Part shown: positions 28,254 through 35,341 of the stretch, piece after piece | Position numbering within the stretch: the first letter of the stretch is position 1 | Layout: every line of letters starts with the position of its first letter | Virus record (IMG/VR): IMGVR_UViG_3300032277_002983 | Span: 1 to 37,701 of that record | Source: a virus | Taxonomy: Duplodnaviria; Caudoviricetes | Direction: 5' to 3' (one strand) | DNA length: 37,701 nt | Notes under the pieces: model-generated | The model's input: only the letters and a program-made list of their open reading frames with translations | The model's database searches: none | Told to the model about the DNA's origin: nothing | Program-made: the position numbers and the translations under genes

Positions 28254-28285
28254 TTAATACATCTAATCAAAATTGGATTATGGAA

Positions 28286-28456
28286 ATGATACAAAATATT
28301 AACTTTTCGTCACCCAGAACCATCCACGAAAAGCGAATCCAAGCGCTGGAAATCGCCAGGAATCTACATGCATCAGTAAAGCGCTTGCGAGCACTAACAG
28401 CCAGGCGCCCGCACAGCGACGAACTGCCAATGTTTCTGAAAAAACAGGCATGCTAA
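28286..28456 (+). CDS. Small early protein (56 aa, ends LPMFLKKQAC)
   Basis: Hand-translated first ORF after pL; TAATG coupling to the next gene. Confidence 0.6.
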   Translation: MIQNINFSSPRTIHEKRIQALEIARNLHASVKRLRALTARRPHSDELPMFLKKQAC

Positions 28457-28671
28457 TGAATACGGTCAACACACAATTCGACATCATATCAGCATGCCAG
28501 GAAATCGGGCTAAACGCCGGTTGTAACGCAGCATACACACGATTGTTCACGGACGCGATCAACCGAACTGAAAAATTAATCGGTGAACTTACCGTGTTTG
28601 AGTTGCTGAGCATTACTCGCCACTGCACCGAACAGTTCAACAGCACCTACCAACAGAGGGCACACGAATGA
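28450..28671 (+). CDS. Hypothetical early protein (likely start 28456)
   Basis: ORF in a coupled chain. Confidence 0.6.
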   Translation: MLMNTVNTQFDIISACQEIGLNAGCNAAYTRLFTDAINRTEKLIGELTVFELLSITRHCTEQFNSTYQQRAHE

Positions 28672-28877
28672 ATGAAAGACCACCGGGCTTGCTCGACAAG
28701 CTCACCGACATAATACCCGTTGACGTGAGCGCGGTGGAAGATCACCCCAACCACGGCGTTAATATGTGTCGAAAGCTCACCGCCCTACGCCACCGAATCG
28801 TTTTTAGTAGCGGTTATTTAAAACGAGACGACCCAGAGTTATCGCAATTTTTAGCATCGCTGTTAGATGGTCTCTAG
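28668..28877 (+). CDS. Hypothetical early protein
   Basis: GAGGG RBS, ATGA overlap. Confidence 0.6.
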   Translation: MNERPPGLLDKLTDIIPVDVSAVEDHPNHGVNMCRKLTALRHRIVFSSGYLKRDDPELSQFLASLLDGL

Positions 28878-28886
28878 GGGAAAATA

Positions 28887-29225
28887 ATGGGATTAGACGC
28901 ACTCGACAGTTTATTACTCGGTATCGCGCTGATGGTGGTTGTGGGGCTATTGTTAGCGCTATTTTTTGGGTCATTCACACATCGCGGCACGAATGACCGC
29001 CCCCACAAAAAACGCATCATAATCGAAATTGGAGACACGAAAATGATATTAATTTTACCCGACGAAACCACGGCGGCTGATTTGCAAAAAATGGCGGACG
29101 CTATTAATTGCCGTGTTTATAGCAACCCAATCAATAATGAGGTGTTAATTCTTAAACCAAAGACATCACCGCAAAACATGGCGGACTCAAAGGAAAAACG
29201 CACACCTAAACTGCGTTTGCTGTAA
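28887..29225 (+). CDS. Hypothetical protein with N-terminal TM (possible internal start at MILILPD)
   Basis: AGGGG RBS; internal GGAG precedes a second ATG. Confidence 0.55.
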   Translation: MGLDALDSLLLGIALMVVVGLLLALFFGSFTHRGTNDRPHKKRIIIEIGDTKMILILPDETTAADLQKMADAINCRVYSNPINNEVLILKPKTSPQNMADSKEKRTPKLRLL

Positions 29226-29234
29226 GGGGCAGAC

Positions 29235-29462
29235 ATGAAGCCAGACGCAATAGAGCTAACACTACAGGAATGCGAATACCTGGATATGCTTCTTAAAAAA
29301 GACCTTGATGCTATCGGGCATATAGAAAGGCTAACCAAGCGATTGCGCAACGCTACGCCAAACGTGCCAACTGGTGTTAGTGGCGCATTATTAATGCTGC
29401 GGGAAAAAACAACCATAAATGCAGCGCTAACCGACAAAATTCGTACTGCGATCGGGAATTAA
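29235..29462 (+). CDS. Hypothetical early protein
   Basis: AAGGGG RBS; 75 aa. Confidence 0.6.
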   Translation: MKPDAIELTLQECEYLDMLLKKDLDAIGHIERLTKRLRNATPNVPTGVSGALLMLREKTTINAALTDKIRTAIGN

Positions 29463-29463
29463 C

Positions 29464-29856
29464 ATGCGCAAACCACCCACATTACAGGAGGTATCAAAAC
29501 AACTAAACGTTGGATCTGTGTTGCTGTTTAGGTATTTAAGAAAACAACGAATCATTGGAAAAGATAATTTACCTTTTCAGTGCTTCATTGATTGCGGTTA
29601 TTTTACGATCTTTACCGGCGAATACTGCAACGAAATCCAAGGGCGTGTTTTTCGTCGCACATATCGCCGAACAGCAGTAACACCAAAGGGCGTTGAGTTT
29701 CTTAGAGAAAACATTGCGCCAAAAATTGCAAAACCAGTTAAAGCAGCCGTCAGCGATGATGGTGAACAACCCACTAAATCAGCGACACAAACCGAATACC
29801 AGAAATCCTGCAATATTATACTGCATGGCAGCTGGCGAACTAACCAGAAAGGATAA
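29464..29856 (+). CDS. Phage antirepressor KilAC-domain protein
   Basis: K.L.VG...LFRYLR...N.P.Q..ID.GYF...T.VTPKG..FL. Confidence 0.8.
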   Translation: MRKPPTLQEVSKQLNVGSVLLFRYLRKQRIIGKDNLPFQCFIDCGYFTIFTGEYCNEIQGRVFRRTYRRTAVTPKGVEFLRENIAPKIAKPVKAAVSDDGEQPTKSATQTEYQKSCNIILHGSWRTNQKG

Positions 29857-29859
29857 AGT

Positions 29860-30228
29860 ATGGACAATACAAAACCCGTTAGACCGTTTTTAGACACCAT
29901 CCGCGACATTGAGCACGGGCACTTAATCGACGAGCTGTCATACAAACAGCAGGCGGTTGTGTCGTCTGTCATCGAGACAATGCAACAGGGTGAGATAACC
30001 ATCACCCTAAAATACAAACTGGAAACCAAAGGCCAAGTATCCATCAGCGCCAAAGTGAAAAGCAAAGTGCCTGAAATGAAAAGCAAAGTGCCTGAAATGT
30101 CGCGCGGTAAATCCATCTTTTTTGTAACGCCAGACAACAACCTGCAGCGCGACAACCCGCGCCAGGGAAAATTACCACTAACCGCCATTGACGAACCAAA
30201 ACGCAAAATTGCCGACGTTAACGACTAA
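29860..30228 (+). CDS. Conserved phage protein (usual neighbour of DUF2303)
   Basis: G.ITITL...K.P...S.FF.TPDNNL.R..PRQ..L. Confidence 0.7.
   Translation: MDNTKPVRPFLDTIRDIEHGHLIDELSYKQQAVVSSVIETMQQGEITITLKYKLETKGQVSISAKVKSKVPEMKSKVPEMSRGKSIFFVTPDNNLQRDNPRQGKLPLTAIDEPKRKIADVND
30056..30099 (+). repeat. Perfect 21-bp tandem duplication (KSKVPEM x2)
   Basis: TGAAAAGCAAAGTGCCTGAAA twice, in frame. Confidence 0.95.
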
Positions 30229-30247
30229 CACAAACGGTGCCGCCACC

Positions 30248-30577
30248 ATGAAAAACTGCACATTAAAACACTATTTAAACGCGCTGCGGCTTATGGTCGT
30301 CATGATATCGCTATGCGCAATAAGCGCCAGCCCGGCAATAGCTGGAAAATTAAACGTGTTTATCGGTGGCGGCTACGACAAAGGCCCGGCTGCACCGTTT
30401 AATCAAAAACCGGTTAATGGCGGCAAGTACAGAAACTCATGGCAAGCACAACTTGGCGCGGAATACACATCAAAAAAATGGCGAGTGCAATTGATGCACA
30501 GCTCTACCACAGATAACGGCCTACATGTTAGCGACGGCGATATAAACATGCTGTCAGTTCACTATTTTTTATTCTAA
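30248..30577 (+). CDS. Small exported beta-strand protein with H-x-S motif
   Basis: Signal peptide ending AIA; C-terminal aromatic strand SVHYFLF. Confidence 0.6.
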   Translation: MKNCTLKHYLNALRLMVVMISLCAISASPAIAGKLNVFIGGGYDKGPAAPFNQKPVNGGKYRNSWQAQLGAEYTSKKWRVQLMHSSTTDNGLHVSDGDINMLSVHYFLF

Positions 30578-30607
30578 ATAACCGATAACGACTATCAAGG
30601 AAATGCA

Positions 30608-31465
30608 ATGGAAGAAAAATCGCAATCAAAACAAATTGAAAACCTGACAACCAGAGCCTTGGATATCAAGAATACAGAAGGGTTTGAGCCCTTCGCAATC
30701 GTTCCCAAAGATTGCCAGCTGGAAGATGTCGGTCACCTGCGCGTTAGAGACACGCCAGAGCGCATAAACGAGCACCCAATATTGCAAGATGCCAATAGCT
30801 TTATACGATATTGGCTACGTCACCGCGCTGAAAACAGCGTGATATTTTGTTCAGGCGGGAAGTCACCATGCTTCACCGCGGTGTTTGATTATCATCATAG
30901 CGCCGCCAATAAAAATAAACCGCAATGGTTAAAGCATAAAGCACGATTTTCGTTTCCTAAATCTCTAGAGTGGGAAATCTGGACTGAACGCAACAAAAAA
31001 CCATTTTCCCAGGTCGAGTTTTCTCATTTTATTGAAGACAACCTTCTGGATATCGCCGGACCAGAGGACGACAACATACCCAACGACGCCCCGAGCGCCG
31101 CGCAAATGCTGGAAATAGCATTAAACTTCAAGGCCCATAAACGCGCCAATTTTGAAAGCGATATCGTTCTGCAAAACGGCCAGGTCCAGCTAATGTACAA
31201 GGAAGAAATACGCGGATCATCACAAGGCCAAAACACCGGAAAAATCGATATACCAGAAATATTTCACTTGGGCATATCGCCATTTTTAAATGCAAAAACG
31301 TACAAAATTGACGCGCGCCTGCGCTACCGCATTAGCGACAGTGGTGAATTATCAATGTGGTACGAACTAATCAGAACCCACAAAGTAATCGAAACCGCAT
31401 TTAATGAAATCAAAGCCGACATTGAAAAAAATTGCGAAACCGTAGCATTTGAAGGCGAACTTTAA
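30608..31465 (+). CDS. DUF2303 (YfdQ-like) family protein
   Basis: AVFDYH...W..H.A...S.EW..W...Q.EF..FIEDN...IP..F.L.I..F...ARLRYR. Confidence 0.85.
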   Translation: MEEKSQSKQIENLTTRALDIKNTEGFEPFAIVPKDCQLEDVGHLRVRDTPERINEHPILQDANSFIRYWLRHRAENSVIFCSGGKSPCFTAVFDYHHSAANKNKPQWLKHKARFSFPKSLEWEIWTERNKKPFSQVEFSHFIEDNLLDIAGPEDDNIPNDAPSAAQMLEIALNFKAHKRANFESDIVLQNGQVQLMYKEEIRGSSQGQNTGKIDIPEIFHLGISPFLNAKTYKIDARLRYRISDSGELSMWYELIRTHKVIETAFNEIKADIEKNCETVAFEGEL

Positions 31466-31478
31466 CGGAGGGATCAAC

Positions 31479-31658
31479 ATGATTTTTTTATTTTCTGATG
31501 TGGTCTCGGTAATGTGCATTATCACCATTGCCGCTATTTGGACGCTCATGTTTGCGCATACGGCAGCAATGGAATTCCAGGGTAGACCATCCAGGGCGCT
31601 GCTAGCAATTCAGCAGCATCAGCTAGCGCTGCAACGAAAAACCAGGCAGCTAACATGA
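31479..31658 (+). CDS. Small membrane protein
   Basis: GGAGGG RBS before ATG at 31479; hydrophobic N-terminus. Confidence 0.5.
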   Translation: MIFLFSDVVSVMCIITIAAIWTLMFAHTAAMEFQGRPSRALLAIQQHQLALQRKTRQLT

Positions 31659-31813
31659 GCAGCAACGACAGCACGATTGATAAATTGTTAATCATGGCCA
31701 TAATTTTGGTGGTCATGTTCCTGGCGTACACCATTGATGATATTTCTTGTGGTTATGATTATCCGGGAATAGGAATAAATCACACCACAACGCATAGAGG
31801 CAAAAATGGCTAA
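31655..31813 (+). CDS. Small membrane protein (52 aa, MSSNDSTIDKLLIMAIILVVMFLAY...)
   Basis: Hand-translated; overlaps both neighbours. Confidence 0.5.
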   Translation: MSSNDSTIDKLLIMAIILVVMFLAYTIDDISCGYDYPGIGINHTTTHRGKNG

Positions 31814-32066
31814 AGATCAAAAATCAACGTATTACGATGCAGGCGGTATAGAAACAATCGACATCATCAAAGCGAAACTGACGCCAGAGCAATACCAAGG
31901 TTATCTGCTGGGAAATGCGCTGAAATATCAATGCAGGATGATGCACAAACATGGCGATGAAGAAAGAAAACGTGACGCCGAAAAAGCTGCATATTATTCC
32001 CAGTGGCTCAGTGAAAGCTTTCAGTATGAGCAAGTTAATTACAATATAGACCATATTCCATTTTAA
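31806..32066 (+). CDS. DUF3310 family protein
   Basis: YY..GGIETID.I......GYL.GNALKY..R..K...D..KA..Y. Confidence 0.85.
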   Translation: MAKDQKSTYYDAGGIETIDIIKAKLTPEQYQGYLLGNALKYQCRMMHKHGDEERKRDAEKAAYYSQWLSESFQYEQVNYNIDHIPF

Positions 32067-32081
32067 TAACCGGCAAAAATC

Positions 32082-32294
32082 ATGCTACGCCAACGAATAA
32101 CATTAAAAACATACCTCGAACTCGTTTACCCCATGGGTGACGGTCCCTGTATAAATACGCTAAAAAATCGTATCAATAAGGGCGTCATCCAAGGCGTGAG
32201 AGAAGAAGGCAGTTATTATGTCTACCTTGATCAAACTGACAACAGTAAATCAGGACAGATTGCTAATGCAGTTTTAGCGGCTGTTGGTGGGTAG
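32082..32294 (+). CDS. Excisionase-like winged-helix protein
   Basis: ITL..Y.......P..NTL...I..G.I.G...G..YYV pattern; upstream of the integrase. Confidence 0.65.
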   Translation: MLRQRITLKTYLELVYPMGDGPCINTLKNRINKGVIQGVREEGSYYVYLDQTDNSKSGQIANAVLAAVGG

Positions 32295-32296
32295 TT

Positions 32297-32521
32297 TTGT
32301 TAGGGATACCGATGAAATACCAGAAACAAAAAACATATAAATTTACTGCAGGGGATCGATATCACCTGGATCAGGTGTACTCATTATTGGGCATTATACC
32401 TAACGACACATACGAGCAAGATGATATGTCGTTATATCGTTATGATAACGGTAACGATTGCGGCGAATCAGTTAAATTTTTAAAAAATGTAAAAATTAAA
32501 ATAATAATGGAAATAACTTGA
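32297..32521 (+). CDS. Hypothetical protein (likely start ATG at 32312)
   Basis: AT-rich ORF preceded by GTTAGGG. Confidence 0.55.
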   Translation: MLGIPMKYQKQKTYKFTAGDRYHLDQVYSLLGIIPNDTYEQDDMSLYRYDNGNDCGESVKFLKNVKIKIIMEIT

Positions 32522-32524
32522 CTA

Positions 32525-32655
32525 CAGTAACTTTAAGTATGCGCCCGACACTAGCTAAATCGAATTGGAGCGGCAACTCCTTGGTAAAAACTGTTGTTGT
32601 TGGGTTGCAGTGTCACACAATGCTTAATAACATGGGCGCATACTTAAGGTTGCTG
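32525..32655 (+). ncRNA. Putative structured RNA closed by a 22-bp helix
   Basis: CAGTAACTTTAAGTATGCGCCC / GGGCGCATACTTAAGGTTGCTG with both mismatches G-U on the + strand; inner GACACT/AGTGTC and GGAG/CTCC stems. Confidence 0.5.
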
Positions 32656-32660
32656 AATAG

Positions 32661-32954
32661 ATGAAAGAGATTGCAACAAAACATCTAAAACAACCTTATT
32701 TGACAATAAAGCATGGACAAAAGAGGGTAAGTTCGATTTGCGGTAGAAAACCGTATATCGTCAATATTGCCACTCACGATCCGCATACGCCATCAATCGA
32801 CGTATGTGAAAAGTGCATGGCCAGGCATCGCAAAATGCTGCTGAGACTGGCTGATACAATAGCTGATATAAAACATCGCGGGTTACCGACAGTCTCGCAC
32901 AAGAATGAGTACGTAGATTTAGTTAAACGAGTGAGAGTCAGCAGACCTACGTGA
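32661..32954 (+). CDS. Hypothetical protein (H..L, ICG, CEKC; possible zinc binding)
   Basis: 97 aa ORF. Confidence 0.55.
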   Translation: MKEIATKHLKQPYLTIKHGQKRVSSICGRKPYIVNIATHDPHTPSIDVCEKCMARHRKMLLRLADTIADIKHRGLPTVSHKNEYVDLVKRVRVSRPT

Positions 32955-32993
32955 TGTTGCGTCTTAATAATTTAGTTAGAACAGGGATAAAAA

Positions 32994-33827
32994 ATGAAGA
33001 AACTTTGCATTTACCACGGAAACTGCGCTGATGGTTTTGGTGCTGCTACCGTAATTAGAACTGCTTTAGGTAGCCACAATGTTGACTTCCACCCAGGCGT
33101 TCACCAAGATCCTCCGCCAGACGTAACAGACCGCGAGGTGATACTGGTTGATTTCTCATACAAGCGTGACGTACTCGTTGGGATGGCAGCCAAAGCCAAG
33201 AGCATATTAATTATCGACCACCACAAGAGCGCCGAATCTGACTTAGTTGATTTGTCAGACAACGTAGAAGCTCACTTTGATATGAGTAAAAGCGGCGCTG
33301 TTATGGCGTGGGAATACTTTCACCCAGGTGAACCCATACCACAACTGTTGCTGCACATTCAGGGTCGCTATTTATGGGAATTCAAGCTAAAAGGCACTCG
33401 CGAAATTCAAGTCTGTGTTTTTTCTTACCCATACGAATTTGAAATATGGGAACAGCTACTATGCGCCGATCCTAAGAAGTTGCGCGAAGATGGAAAAGCC
33501 ATTGAGCGCAAGCACTTTAAAGACATTGAGGAATTTATCGCAGCAGCGGCTTATACCGACACTATAGCTGGGCACGAGGTTCCAATTCTGAATGCGCCTT
33601 ACTTCTGGAGCTCAGACGCTGGCCACATCATGGGCGAAGGTAAGCCATTTGCAGCTTGCTATTGGGATACGCCAGGAGGCCGGGTATTCAGTTTGCGCTC
33701 TGCTAATGATGGCGTTGATGTTTCAGAGATTGCGGCAATATTTGGTGGCGGTGGGCATAAGCACGCCGCTGGTTTTCGGCTCGCGTTTGATGACCTGCAT
33801 AAGCTTTCCAGTGGGGTTATATTTTAA
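32994..33827 (+). CDS. DHH/DHHA1 family phosphoesterase
   Basis: YHGNCADG, LVDFS, IDHHKS, FSLRS, GGGGH..AAGF. Confidence 0.92.
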   Translation: MKKLCIYHGNCADGFGAATVIRTALGSHNVDFHPGVHQDPPPDVTDREVILVDFSYKRDVLVGMAAKAKSILIIDHHKSAESDLVDLSDNVEAHFDMSKSGAVMAWEYFHPGEPIPQLLLHIQGRYLWEFKLKGTREIQVCVFSYPYEFEIWEQLLCADPKKLREDGKAIERKHFKDIEEFIAAAAYTDTIAGHEVPILNAPYFWSSDAGHIMGEGKPFAACYWDTPGGRVFSLRSANDGVDVSEIAAIFGGGGHKHAAGFRLAFDDLHKLSSGVIF

Positions 33828-33835
33828 GGTGAATT

Positions 33836-34198
33836 ATGGGTGATTTAAGCAAATATTTTAGTCGTTATGAAATGGCGTGTAAATGTGGTTGTGGGCTTGA
33901 TACGATGGATATCGAGACATTGCGCATTGCTGATGAAGTACGAGAGTTTGTAGGTGTGTCAATTACGCCCGGCAGCGCTGCGCGATGTTTTGTTTATAAT
34001 CGATCAAACGCTGTTGGATCGAACGACAACTCACAGCATCCACGCTGCCGGGCGATGGACTTACCGGTGCCTAATCCACGCAAGGTTTACAAATGGCTGT
34101 GTGACAAATATCCTGGTCAGTATGGGTTTGGTCTTTACGCGACATTTGTGCATATCGATACGCGGACCGACGGCCCGGCGCGCTGGGATAAAACATGA
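33836..34198 (+). CDS. Peptidase M15A family zinc peptidase (endolysin-like)
   Basis: F...E.ACKCGCG, S..RC...N, SQH...A.D, G.G.Y.TFVHID.R...ARW. Confidence 0.88.
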   Translation: MGDLSKYFSRYEMACKCGCGLDTMDIETLRIADEVREFVGVSITPGSAARCFVYNRSNAVGSNDNSQHPRCRAMDLPVPNPRKVYKWLCDKYPGQYGFGLYATFVHIDTRTDGPARWDKT

Positions 34199-34244
34199 AT
34201 GGACGGCTGAGCGCGGGCTTGTTAGCTGCACTAAGGAGCGATGA

Positions 34245-34562
34245 ATGCTTAGATTTTACGAGAATATGCTGAAGAAGATTATTCGCAACTTGGAAGATCA
34301 TTTTAAAAATGTACATTTATCCCGTATCCATACAGATATCAAATGCCCTAACTGTAATGAATGGTTCTCTGTTTCAGGTATAAAGTATAAGCACTCCCTT
34401 GAAAAAGAGCCTAAACACGACTTTTCAATCTGCAAATGTGGTCAGTGTGGCTTTAAGTCGAATTGGTCACCGCACATAGCTCCATGTTTAATTAGGGTAG
34501 ATGATAACGGAATACCTATTACTGACAGCCAACAAAAAAATTGTTATAAGGCGGATTTATGA
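34245..34562 (+). CDS. Zinc-ribbon hypothetical protein
   Basis: CPNC...CGQC; AAGGAG RBS. Confidence 0.65.
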   Translation: MLRFYENMLKKIIRNLEDHFKNVHLSRIHTDIKCPNCNEWFSVSGIKYKHSLEKEPKHDFSICKCGQCGFKSNWSPHIAPCLIRVDDNGIPITDSQQKNCYKADL

Positions 34563-34771
34563 AACAAGATGAAAAAGACCTGCTAGAAAGACTGCAAAAA
34601 CGAACAAAGGAAGATACCAGCCAGCCCTATGTTCGGCAATTGGTTGCAGACTTAGAAATGAATGAAAAACGGGCTGCATACATTTTGGAAAAATGGGCTG
34701 ACAAAGGATAGTACCAGTACGGTGTTAGCGTAATGGCGGGCTGGCTAACAGAGGAAGGACAAGCCTTATAA
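34559..34771 (+). pseudogene. 70-codon gene interrupted by in-frame TAG at 34709-34711
   Basis: MKQDEK...EKWADKG*YQYGVSVMAGWLTEEGQAL; the frame continues to a TAA inside the GCCTTATAAC boundary. Confidence 0.6.
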
Positions 34772-34880
34772 CAGCGGCTTATACCGGCACTATAGCTGGG
34801 ATAAAACATGAAGGGCTTCTGAGCGCTGCAAACAGCGTCAGCGGCACGCCAACGCCAGACTTTAACAGAGATTGTGAATT

Positions 34881-35123
34881 ATGAGCCACGTATTGCATGA
34901 AACTAATGATTGGAATGAAGACCTTGGAAATTGCATATTTTTTCATTTCAATAACTTTGAAGAGCCACCAGAGGTTCTTTGTAGCACACCGTACAGTTCT
35001 GATTTTGAAGAAGAAGGCGGGGAATATTGGACGCACTTTGTGACAATGAATTTCAATCTAATATTTGAACAAGCTGGAGCGACTTTAGGAGCGTCCAAGC
35101 GAGGAATGAGCGATGTTGAATGA
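34881..35123 (+). CDS. Acidic hypothetical phage protein
   Basis: W.ED.G...F.....EPP....P...DF....YWTH. Confidence 0.65.
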   Translation: MSHVLHETNDWNEDLGNCIFFHFNNFEEPPEVLCSTPYSSDFEEEGGEYWTHFVTMNFNLIFEQAGATLGASKRGMSDVE

Positions 35124-35277
35124 TTTGCTATGTTTTTTAAGAAAACATTTTCAATGCAGGTTTGGTGTTCATTGGCGTATGAAGTATGAGGGCGGATTAG
35201 TCAACGATATTTGTCGTGCCGGTAAGTGTGACGATTGCGGCTATGAACGTGAAGAAGTTAAATGGCCTAGAACATAA
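35113..35277 (+). CDS. Small Cys/His protein (54 aa, C.FG.H...CDDCG)
   Basis: Hand-translated; GAGGA upstream; stop lies inside AACATAAC. Confidence 0.6.
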   Translation: MLNDLLCFLRKHFQCRFGVHWRMKYEGGLVNDICRAGKCDDCGYEREEVKWPRT

Positions 35278-35341
35278 CAGTGATTTATGCCGCACGCAAA
35301 ATAAAAGAATTATTTTTTCAATTAGATTAAGTTTAAAAAAC

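Noticed and set aside
32525-32655. Retron msr-msd or hammerhead ribozyme
   Set aside because: No reverse transcriptase in the window and no CUGANGA/GAAA core
34709-34711. Genome-wide TAG recoding
   Set aside because: TAG terminates core genes cleanly (10551, 15040, 18736, 19593) and no suppressor tRNA is visible
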